Shown here in pieces: positions 7,401 through 15,653 of a stretch of 64,000 bases of DNA (the stretch's first letter is position 1; each line of letters opens with the position of its first letter). The position numbers and the translations under genes were made by a program. This DNA comes from a candidate division TM6 bacterium GW2011_GWF2_32_72 (GTDB lineage Bacteria; Babelota; Babeliae; Babelales; GWF2-32-72). The stretch is from positions 7,914-71,913 of the forward strand of contig LBON01000006.1 in NCBI GenBank assembly GCA_000989525.1, read 5' to 3'. The notes beneath the pieces are model-generated. The model saw nothing but the letters and a program-made list of their open reading frames with translations, was not told where the DNA came from and made no database searches.

Positions 7401-9475
7401 ATCTCCACATTCTGACTAGCTAGAAAACCAAAGATATTCAAATTAGCTTTACCATTTATGTTTAAATTATCTGATTCAATACCATTTCCAAAAATAATCC
7501 CATTGTTTGCCCAGGTTCCTGCAGAAATTAAATCGGATGTTTGATTAATATTTAAAGATCCTTTTGTTAACTGCAATCCATGATTAGAAACATAAAATTT
7601 TCCACCATTTAAACTTAGAACAGAAGTTCCATCTTCCATTTCTAATAATTGATTTGAATTTATCAATGGAGCAAAACTTAAAGTCACATTAGCATCTAAA
7701 AATAATTCTGAATTTGAATAAATTTTTCCAGATCCATTAAATAACCAGGTCCATTTTGAATCACCAGTAATTTTATTTTTTTGAACAATATCTATAGCAC
7801 CCTCTGAGAAAGTAGCCTCGTTTGAAACCAAAACTATTGCATTGCTCAAAATAAGCTTAGATGATTCATCTAATCCCCTTATATTAGTTCCTGCAATATT
7901 TATTAAATTGAGATTTTTTAAACACAAACAAGAATCAGCTGAAATTATTAAGCTTCCAGAGACCCCTAAATCAAGAGAATATCCCTGACCATCTATACAT
8001 GAAATCCCGTAGCAAGTTAATGGTTTTTTAAGTTCAACATTTGAATTCAATTTCAAGCACAAATCTGAAATATAAGAAGATGGCGAGGCAATACCATATT
8101 GATAAATCATAATTTTTGAACCTACATTGTTTGAAACCGCAATACCAATAAAATTATCATCGTGTGACCAACGAACACCTAAAACATCAGCTGAGACTAA
8201 AACATCATCAAGTAGTGTTAAACTTGGAATACCTGCATTAAATGAATAAAGTTTTAGTTCTAGAATACCCGTTGATTGCACAACAGCAATTTCATTTCCA
8301 TCTGAATTCCAATGAATCCCGTTTACCCTTGAAGCACCAACATCTTTTGCTAATAATTCTGTCAAAGAATTTGTTACAGGATTAAAAGAAATAATGCCAA
8401 GTCTAACAACACCAACGTCAAGACCAACAGCTATATAATCACTAGTTGGATGATAATCTAACGAATAAACTGTACTAATAAATGTTCTATAATTATCCGT
8501 ATAAACCAAATTGGTTCCATCAAATGTGCTGATGTCAACATATTGACCGTTGGCTACAAATATTCTTGTTCCATCGTTATTCCAACAAATTGTTTCTTTT
8601 TGACCTGGTATGGAATAAATATAAACAGTATCAAAATCTCCAAAAATACCGCTTAAAATTGCACTGACACCAACATTAGTTTCTGCTGTTCCATATGCAT
8701 AAGCCAAATAATTTCCATCTGGTCGCCAGGCAATACTGATCACACCAGGTAAAGTTTTGCCATCAACATAAGTTAAAGATTCTTCAGCAAAATTAAAGTT
8801 AAGAGTAAAAACTTCATTTCCAAAAGTTGAACCTTCTGATGTGTCATCTATACAAGCTGCCAAGATATAACTTGAAGGATGCCAACGAACACTATTTACT
8901 TTTGTGGGTGTAGAAAAAGATGCTATTTCTACAAGTTCTTCATTTTGAAATTCGAAAATTTTAATTAAACCATAAAAAAAAGTTGCCGAATAATCCAAGC
9001 CTACCGCTACATACTTATTGTCATAGGACCAATCTATACTACGAACATTTACAGTCTCTGTATCTTGATCAACAAAATTCAATGCTCCTGCAACACTCGG
9101 CAAATTACAATCTAAAAACGTTATAGTTGAAGCTAACTCCAAAGTATGATCATTCCCTATAACGTTACCAAGTGTCATTGTAGCTGGTTCTTTGAGTTTT
9201 AAATCTCTATTTAATGTTAAAGTCCCGGCATTCAAATTAAATACAGAGCCCGTTATTGGAAAATGAGAATCATAAGTACATGCAACGCTCGAATCTGCAA
9301 GGGAAAATCCACCATCTAACAAAGCAAAACCAGTAACAGAATTGGTTGTGCCTGAAAAGTTTTGAAGCGAGCTCACAAAAGTTACCGCTACATCAGAACC
9401 TACTGTCACACCAAACAATGGTAAACAGAAGTTGAACAATAAAAGAATAAAAGAAAAACTTTTACTCTTTATCAT
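7397..9475 (-). CDS. Secreted beta-helix + 7-bladed propeller family protein, paralog 5
   Basis: ORF 692 aa with signal peptide and TVGS motif. CTYDSHFPITGSVFNLNAGTLTLNRDL. Blades IDWSYDNKYVA, VRWHPSSYILA, IAWRPDGNYLA, ICWNNDGTRIF, LDYHPTSDYIA, IHWNSDGNEIA, VRWSHDDNFIG. C module: SFAPLINSNQLLEMEDGTSVLSLNGGKFY..LQLTKGSL. ATGA overlap with paralog 4. Confidence 0.9.
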   Translation of the reverse strand: MIKSKSFSFILLLFNFCLPLFGVTVGSDVAVTFVSSLQNFSGTTNSVTGFALLDGGFSLADSSVACTYDSHFPITGSVFNLNAGTLTLNRDLKLKEPATMTLGNVIGNDHTLELASTITFLDCNLPSVAGALNFVDQDTETVNVRSIDWSYDNKYVAVGLDYSATFFYGLIKIFEFQNEELVEIASFSTPTKVNSVRWHPSSYILAACIDDTSEGSTFGNEVFTLNFNFAEESLTYVDGKTLPGVISIAWRPDGNYLAYAYGTAETNVGVSAILSGIFGDFDTVYIYSIPGQKETICWNNDGTRIFVANGQYVDISTFDGTNLVYTDNYRTFISTVYSLDYHPTSDYIAVGLDVGVVRLGIISFNPVTNSLTELLAKDVGASRVNGIHWNSDGNEIAVVQSTGILELKLYSFNAGIPSLTLLDDVLVSADVLGVRWSHDDNFIGIAVSNNVGSKIMIYQYGIASPSSYISDLCLKLNSNVELKKPLTCYGISCIDGQGYSLDLGVSGSLIISADSCLCLKNLNLINIAGTNIRGLDESSKLILSNAIVLVSNEATFSEGAIDIVQKNKITGDSKWTWLFNGSGKIYSNSELFLDANVTLSFAPLINSNQLLEMEDGTSVLSLNGGKFYVSNHGLQLTKGSLNINQTSDLISAGTWANNGIIFGNGIESDNLNINGKANLNIFGFLASQNVEI

Positions 9476-11775
9476 TTGCCTTCTCCTGAAGATATAAATG
9501 AATAATTAATTGTACCAAGAGGGTGGGTGGAGCCAATAAGTTCCGCGGCATCAATAAATGTTAAATTTAAATTGTCACCCAACATAAGAACGCCCGATTG
9601 CATATTCATAGTATTTGTTAAAACTAATTCAGTATCATCATTCATATAAATAACAGAAGTAGAAACAGGCATTTTTAAAGAAGAAGGTAAAATGTTTTTG
9701 TAATTCAAAATACCAGAATCAACTGTCAAGCAAACACCTGGGTTTATTCTAAAAATTAAATCTTCTTCTGCATTTGAATTACCAAAAGAAATTCCCTGTA
9801 ATGTTGAAGATATCTCTGGATCATAAGAAGATGCAAAAATAGAGTCTTCTTTAAACAGCAATGTGCCCTTTGTAAGTTCTAAAGGTACAGCAGCATATAA
9901 AGATGCCCCCATAAACTTTAATCTTGCTGAAGAATCTTCCAACTGAAATAGATTGCCTGCTTTGGATAAAGGATCGTAAGAAAACGTAAATCCAGCATCT
10001 AATTCTATTTTTGTTTCATGCAAAACAGTACTTGTTTGGTTTGATTGATAAATAAAACTATAATCTCCAGTAAAGAAAACATAATTCTTAAACCAAATAG
10101 CACCTGTATCAAAATTAAAATCTTGAATTTGATTCCAATTTACATCTTTAAGAGTCAAAACTCCTGTATCTAAACATGTAATATTTGAATCTGAAATATT
10201 TTTTACAACAATATTATCTAAAGTTAATTTAGAATTAGACCAAACAATCAAACTGCCCGTTTCTGTAAGATCTAAAATGTGTCCATTGCCAAAAAAGCTA
10301 CAATCTCCAACAAATACAATTGGATTTCGAAGTTGTAAATTTTCACTAAGCCTCATATGCACATTGCTAAAAACATATTGTGGGATACTTGTGTAAATAG
10401 CGATAGCAGGACTTACTTCTTCTTTAGTACTTAAAGAATTTCCTGCTACTAAATAATCATTAGAATTAGACCAACGCACAGAACCCACATCTGCTGATAT
10501 TTTTCTTTGCGCGACTAAACTAAGCGTTGGATTATCAGCATCAAAATTAAATAATGAAAGTTCCAAATAATTTTTATTAAACTGTTGCCCAATTACTAAA
10601 CTGCAACAAATTGGATTCCATGCAACAGCATTAACTGCTGATGTTCCAACATCATAAACACAGGCTTGAGTTAAACTATTTGCAACCGAATCAAACTCAT
10701 AAATTCTTAATTTATTATTTCCCGAACTCAAACCGACTGCAATATATGTACCAGAAGGAGCCCAATCAAGTGAACCTCCATCGGCACCAATATTTATTCC
10801 TGCTGTACTTGTTATAGCTGCTCCATCAAAATAAAAAATCATAAGGTCTGTAGCCGAACCCGAATCTTCTGCCATGCAAACTGCCAAATAATCGCCCGAA
10901 AAATCCCAACAAACACCTTTATTAGCAACAGCTCTGCTCCCACTAATATCGTATGTAACTCCTGTTCCAAAAACACCTGCTGTCATGGGATAAATAATTA
11001 ACTCACTATCTGAAGTTTGTTTTACACAAGCCAAATAAGTTCCTGCTTTATTCCAAGCAACTCCACGCACAGTATCTGTAAAATTTTTAGAATCTATTTG
11101 TGTAAATGAATTATCCAATGAATCAAATTCATACGTAAAAATTTCATCACCAGAACCGGCTTCTGTAGAAATAGCCAAAATATATTCTGCAGGACTCCAT
11201 CTAACACTTGTAACAACTTTACTCAAAGCAAAAGATGCTACTTCATTTAAAGAACCATTCAAAAATGAATATACCTTAACACCATTTGAAGAATTGAATC
11301 CAACAGCCACATATTTGTCATTGTGAGAAAAATCCAAAGTTAAAACGTCTGCCAAGGTTTCTTTAGATGAAATCAAGTTCAATCGATTATTTACAACCAT
11401 ATCACCCTGCAAGCATGTAATAGAAGTTGTTAAATCAATAAGATAACCATTTCCAGAAATGCTCCCCATAGACTGGAAAGAACAAATATTTGCCAAATTA
11501 AAATCACGTGAAAGCATGAAATGTCCACCATTGAAATTAATACTTCCAGAAGGCGGAAAAAAACTATCATATGTACAATAACAATCTGAATCTTCTAATG
11601 AAAAACCAGCTTCAACAACAGTAAAACCACCTATTGTATTTTGTTGATATTTAGAAAAATTAATTGGTGATGTTGCTCGGAAAACATTGACGTTTGAACC
11701 AAGTTTTATGGCATTTATTTGAGAAAAAACAAACACACAAAAAAGAAATAAATATTTTTTATTGAAAATCTTCAT
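9472..11775 (-). CDS. Secreted beta-helix + 7-bladed propeller family protein, paralog 6 (with C-terminal extension)
   Basis: Track ORF of 768 aa starts at TTG 11778. ATG at 11775 with GGAG 7 nt upstream is more likely. KLGS motif, CTYDSFFPPSGSINFNGGHFMLSRDF, seven blades (e.g. VAWNKAGTYLA, LDWAPSGTYIA), then FSYDPLSKAGNLFQLEDSSARLKFMGASLY..LELTKGTL and a roughly 90-aa tail shared with paralogs 2 and 7. Confidence 0.9.
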   Translation of the reverse strand: MKIFNKKYLFLFCVFVFSQINAIKLGSNVNVFRATSPINFSKYQQNTIGGFTVVEAGFSLEDSDCYCTYDSFFPPSGSINFNGGHFMLSRDFNLANICSFQSMGSISGNGYLIDLTTSITCLQGDMVVNNRLNLISSKETLADVLTLDFSHNDKYVAVGFNSSNGVKVYSFLNGSLNEVASFALSKVVTSVRWSPAEYILAISTEAGSGDEIFTYEFDSLDNSFTQIDSKNFTDTVRGVAWNKAGTYLACVKQTSDSELIIYPMTAGVFGTGVTYDISGSRAVANKGVCWDFSGDYLAVCMAEDSGSATDLMIFYFDGAAITSTAGINIGADGGSLDWAPSGTYIAVGLSSGNNKLRIYEFDSVANSLTQACVYDVGTSAVNAVAWNPICCSLVIGQQFNKNYLELSLFNFDADNPTLSLVAQRKISADVGSVRWSNSNDYLVAGNSLSTKEEVSPAIAIYTSIPQYVFSNVHMRLSENLQLRNPIVFVGDCSFFGNGHILDLTETGSLIVWSNSKLTLDNIVVKNISDSNITCLDTGVLTLKDVNWNQIQDFNFDTGAIWFKNYVFFTGDYSFIYQSNQTSTVLHETKIELDAGFTFSYDPLSKAGNLFQLEDSSARLKFMGASLYAAVPLELTKGTLLFKEDSIFASSYDPEISSTLQGISFGNSNAEEDLIFRINPGVCLTVDSGILNYKNILPSSLKMPVSTSVIYMNDDTELVLTNTMNMQSGVLMLGDNLNLTFIDAAELIGSTHPLGTINYSFISSGEGK

Positions 11776-11778
11776 CAA

Positions 11779-14700
11779 CTAACTCCAAGTATCGGTATAA
11801 ATCAATGCCCCATGAGCTATAGAATCACCAGTCAAAAATGCATCATCTCCTGTTGCAAAAGTGACATTGTCCTCAAATTCCAGTGTTCCATTTCCAAGAT
11901 TCAAAGATTCATGTAAAGAAAATCTAGTATTGGACATAAAATACAACTTGCAAGAAGAAGCAGTCATACCCCAAGAAGCAGGCAATAAATTTTTATAGGC
12001 CAAATTACCTGAAGATATTATTAATCCTGCACCAGGAACAATTTCGCAATTTAAATCATTAATTGAAGTCAAGCCATCTCCAAAAACAAAACCCTGATCA
12101 GAAATATTTAATTCTGGATCTGTGTCTGCAACTAGTATTGAATCTTTACGAACCAACAATGTTCCTTTTGTTAAATCCATAACAGTTGTTGTATAAATAG
12201 TTGCTCCATTTAAAAGCAATGTTGACGTCCAATCTTTAAATTCCAAAAGATTTGTTTGTCTTGATGATGGATCATAACTAAATGTGAAATCTGAATCCAA
12301 CCTTAATCTTGATTTAGTTAAAATAGTACTAGTTTGAGCTGACTCATAAACAAAAATATGGTCCCCACGCATATTTACATCTGTCTTAAATTCAAAAGAA
12401 CCATTTTCAAAAATATAATCACCACTTTGTACCCAAACAACATTTTGTAAAATAATTTTACTATCTGCAGCACATTCAATATTGGCATTTGCTATATTTT
12501 CTATAATTAAATTCTTAATTGTAAGTACTGAATTCGGAGCAACAACAATTTTACCAACATCACATAAAGCAAGTGTATTCATTTCTCCATGAATAATACA
12601 GTGACCGCTAAAGGTCCAAGTCGAACATAAATTAACTTGTGCATCAAACTCTAATACCCCATTATTTCCAATCCAAGCAATTGTACTTGTCCAAGTCAAA
12701 TCTTGTGGTCCAAGAATCAAACTATACGAGGCAAGATCAACATTTCCGCCAACATCAAACTTAGCGTTAGCTGCGCACTGTAAATTATGTGCTAATTTAA
12801 CAGTCCCTCCATTTAAAGAAACATCATTATGCATCAAACCATCAGTTGCCAAAACCATATCGTACAAAGGTCCTCCCAAAATAATTTTTCCTGAAAAACC
12901 ACCCGATCCATAAAATCCTGTATTTGCGCCGTTAACAACAAGATACAATGGCATTGTACCCTTTGTCATAAACACATAATCATCATCAAACATCGTATAA
13001 ACATATGCTTGATACTGCTTTGCCTTAATATCAAAAAGTGTTTGAGGCCAAGAAACTATTGCAGAGCTATAATCCAAAACAACCCCACTTCTTACAGATA
13101 AATCTGGCACTAAATGTGATTCTAAATTCAAGCCCATATTGGGAAAAGTTATATCTTGATTTATGTGAATATAAGAATTGTTTTTACGTTTTAACATACA
13201 TGAAGCAGATTGTGACTGAATACAATTTGGCAAATAGTTGTTGTAAGTAAACCAACCACTGTTATGAATAATTGTTGCTCCCGGATTAAACTTAAAGTAG
13301 GCATCATACCCTTCTTGACCATTGCCAAGAACTAAGCCTGTCTCTGATGTTGAACCTTCCATATCCATAGTCACCACATTATTAAAAAACAAATCCCCTT
13401 TGAGTAAATTCATACCAGAAGTTGTAATAATAAAACCACAATCGTCAAATGTTAATTTTGATGAAATATTTTCAAACTCAAGTGGTTCAACACCATTTTT
13501 TCTACCTATTTTAATTGTTGCTTTATCAGCAATTTTTAGTTCTGATTGACAAGCAATAGTGCTAGTCATATAGCTTTCATATAAAAATGAATACGAGCCT
13601 TTTAAATCAACATTTCGAACAAAATAAAAAGAACCTGTATCAAATGTATAATCACCAAATAAAATACCTGAAACATTTTCTAAAATTATTTTTGAACCAT
13701 TTCCCAAACATTTTAAATTGTTTTCTTTTAAACCACATAAACAAAGATTTTTAAACTTAAGGGTTACTCCATCTTCCACAACAATTTGCCCGGTATCGGC
13801 AAAATGCAGAACACCTCCGTCACCAAAAATTGTTGTATCACCAGAAAACGTCCATGTTGAAGCTAATGACATTTTTGAATTAAAATTAATAGATCCATTA
13901 TTAGAAAGCCAATCAATTGTGCTAGTCCAAGTTAAATCACTAGGCCCAAAGATAAATTGATGCGTACCAATATCTACCCTACCTGAGCCTGTTAAAATAA
14001 TATCTTTATCTAATTTTAGATCTCTTGTTAAAATTATTTTGCCATTGTTCATTAAAATATTAGATCTAAGTAAATCGTTAAAACCACAAGAAAGCTCTGC
14101 GTTAGAATCAGCCAAAGTTAAATAACCGGCAAAACCGCCTAAACCTTGAATAATATTTCCATCATTTTGAACAACTAATACTAATGGCAAGGATCCAGAA
14201 GTAAGCTCAATCAAATGATCGCCACCTAAAATATAATACCATTGCCCTTGTTGACGACTTGTGAGTTCAAAACCAGCGTTTGGCAAACGAACTTTAACTC
14301 CATCATAAGTTAGATATTTTCCTGCAGCCACAGAAATGGGTGAAACCAATAAAGATGTAAACTCTAAAACCATTTGTGGAAATACAATATCTGTATCAAC
14401 GCGAATTTTAGAATTTAGCCCTCGAATTAATCTAGCCGTGTCTGAAGTTGCTTTTAACTTATCTGCTTCATAATTATTATAAACAACCCAGCCTCTGTTT
14501 AATAAAACTGAGGCTCCTGAATCAAATCTAAAAACAGAATCTTCTGCTTCTATACCCGTGCCAATTCTCAAACCATTTAATGATGAAGTCGATTCCATTT
14601 CAACAACAACACTTCTTTCAAGCTCGATTGTTCCTTTTGAAAAAGTAATACCTGAACCAGTTATAAGTAAATTACAATTGTCCAACTTAAAACATGAAGT

Positions 14701-15528
14701 ATTATCTTCAAAAACAAGGGGTTGAATATCAGAATTTTCATCATGTCTGCCAACAGCAATTCTACAATCGTCCGTTACGCACAATCTAGAATGATTATGA
14801 ATACTACTACTTTGCGAACTAGAATAAATAAATGTATGTGACCCAACCAACTCAACATCATTTAAAAACTGGATAGACCCAAAAGAAAAAGTGTAATCTT
14901 CAGAAAGAACTATTTTGACATTATCTAAAATAATATTTGACGAATCATCTACACAATACAAACTGCTGCAACAAAAATTTGATAAAGTTACATCTTTAAG
15001 CCTCAATGATGAGCCTGAATCAACAACTATTTTTCCAGTTGAATCAAAGTCTATGCTAAAACCATTTGCCGCTAACTCTGAAGAACCTTTGACTGTAATT
15101 GTAGATTTTAATTCAACATCTGAACGTAATGTAGCTTTTAAATCTTCCAAGATAACATCAACACTATTAATTGAAGAAACAGATGGGGCAAGATCTGCAA
15201 GATGATTATAACCATAGATATGACCCAATGTGACTAAATTAACAACATCATGCAAAATTATATTTTCAACTAAATAAAGATTTCCACCATTTAAATTTAA
15301 ATCACCGGAAACTGGATAAACCGAAGAAAATGTACACGAGGTAGCATTATCTTCCAATGCAAAGCCTTCTTTGAACCAAGCAAAACCACAAGCTTCATTA
15401 TCAGAATCACTAGCTGGAAATATATAACACGTTTCTGTTGAAACAGAATCATAAGAACCTATAACCACGGCTAATAAATTATTTATAAAAAAAACTGATA
15501 AAAACAAGATTATTTTTTTCATCATCAT
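11779..15528 (-). CDS. Secreted beta-helix family protein, paralog 7 (three tandem internal modules, no propeller)
   Basis: The longest ORF is 1258 aa from 15555. The ATG triplet at 15528/15525/15522, preceded by AAGAGAG, gives the signal peptide MKKIILFLSVFFINNLLAVVIGS. Three modules each carry LNGGxxxL, GxGxxLxFxxxGxIVV, FxYxSxxxSxI and GWxxYNNY. Only the last keeps FSYDPSSRQTNLLEFKDWTSTLLLNGATIY..LTKGTL. Confidence 0.9.
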   Translation of the reverse strand: MMMKKIILFLSVFFINNLLAVVIGSYDSVSTETCYIFPASDSDNEACGFAWFKEGFALEDNATSCTFSSVYPVSGDLNLNGGNLYLVENIILHDVVNLVTLGHIYGYNHLADLAPSVSSINSVDVILEDLKATLRSDVELKSTITVKGSSELAANGFSIDFDSTGKIVVDSGSSLRLKDVTLSNFCCSSLYCVDDSSNIILDNVKIVLSEDYTFSFGSIQFLNDVELVGSHTFIYSSSQSSSIHNHSRLCVTDDCRIAVGRHDENSDIQPLVFEDNTSCFKLDNCNLLITGSGITFSKGTIELERSVVVEMESTSSLNGLRIGTGIEAEDSVFRFDSGASVLLNRGWVVYNNYEADKLKATSDTARLIRGLNSKIRVDTDIVFPQMVLEFTSLLVSPISVAAGKYLTYDGVKVRLPNAGFELTSRQQGQWYYILGGDHLIELTSGSLPLVLVVQNDGNIIQGLGGFAGYLTLADSNAELSCGFNDLLRSNILMNNGKIILTRDLKLDKDIILTGSGRVDIGTHQFIFGPSDLTWTSTIDWLSNNGSINFNSKMSLASTWTFSGDTTIFGDGGVLHFADTGQIVVEDGVTLKFKNLCLCGLKENNLKCLGNGSKIILENVSGILFGDYTFDTGSFYFVRNVDLKGSYSFLYESYMTSTIACQSELKIADKATIKIGRKNGVEPLEFENISSKLTFDDCGFIITTSGMNLLKGDLFFNNVVTMDMEGSTSETGLVLGNGQEGYDAYFKFNPGATIIHNSGWFTYNNYLPNCIQSQSASCMLKRKNNSYIHINQDITFPNMGLNLESHLVPDLSVRSGVVLDYSSAIVSWPQTLFDIKAKQYQAYVYTMFDDDYVFMTKGTMPLYLVVNGANTGFYGSGGFSGKIILGGPLYDMVLATDGLMHNDVSLNGGTVKLAHNLQCAANAKFDVGGNVDLASYSLILGPQDLTWTSTIAWIGNNGVLEFDAQVNLCSTWTFSGHCIIHGEMNTLALCDVGKIVVAPNSVLTIKNLIIENIANANIECAADSKIILQNVVWVQSGDYIFENGSFEFKTDVNMRGDHIFVYESAQTSTILTKSRLRLDSDFTFSYDPSSRQTNLLEFKDWTSTLLLNGATIYTTTVMDLTKGTLLVRKDSILVADTDPELNISDQGFVFGDGLTSINDLNCEIVPGAGLIISSGNLAYKNLLPASWGMTASSCKLYFMSNTRFSLHESLNLGNGTLEFEDNVTFATGDDAFLTGDSIAHGALIYTDTWS

Positions 15529-15653
15529 TACTCTCTTTTTAGGCGAATTATTCAAAAGTTAACAACTATCAAGTTGATTAACCGTAGTCAAGACAATAGC
15601 CCCACATGTTTATAACAAGTGAGGCTAAAATCTAGAAAGGATGTGGATGAAAT

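Noticed and set aside
1-15555. Assigning the tandem family to chlamydial Pmp or classical autotransporters
   Set aside because: Some segments are passenger-like (FTNGGAL, Gly-rich beta-helix repeats in the 485-aa member). However, no member has a C-terminal beta-barrel translocator domain, and I saw no regular GGA(I/L/V)/FxxN repeat pattern. The similarity is at most fold-level.
15556-15653. Promoter or terminator calls in the 98-nt gap upstream of the 1258-aa gene
   Set aside because: It contains TTGACT and TTGATA hexamers and an imperfect agcc(c)cac/gtg(a)ggct hairpin. The -10 matches are poor and the hairpin lacks a T-run, so I could not support a specific call.
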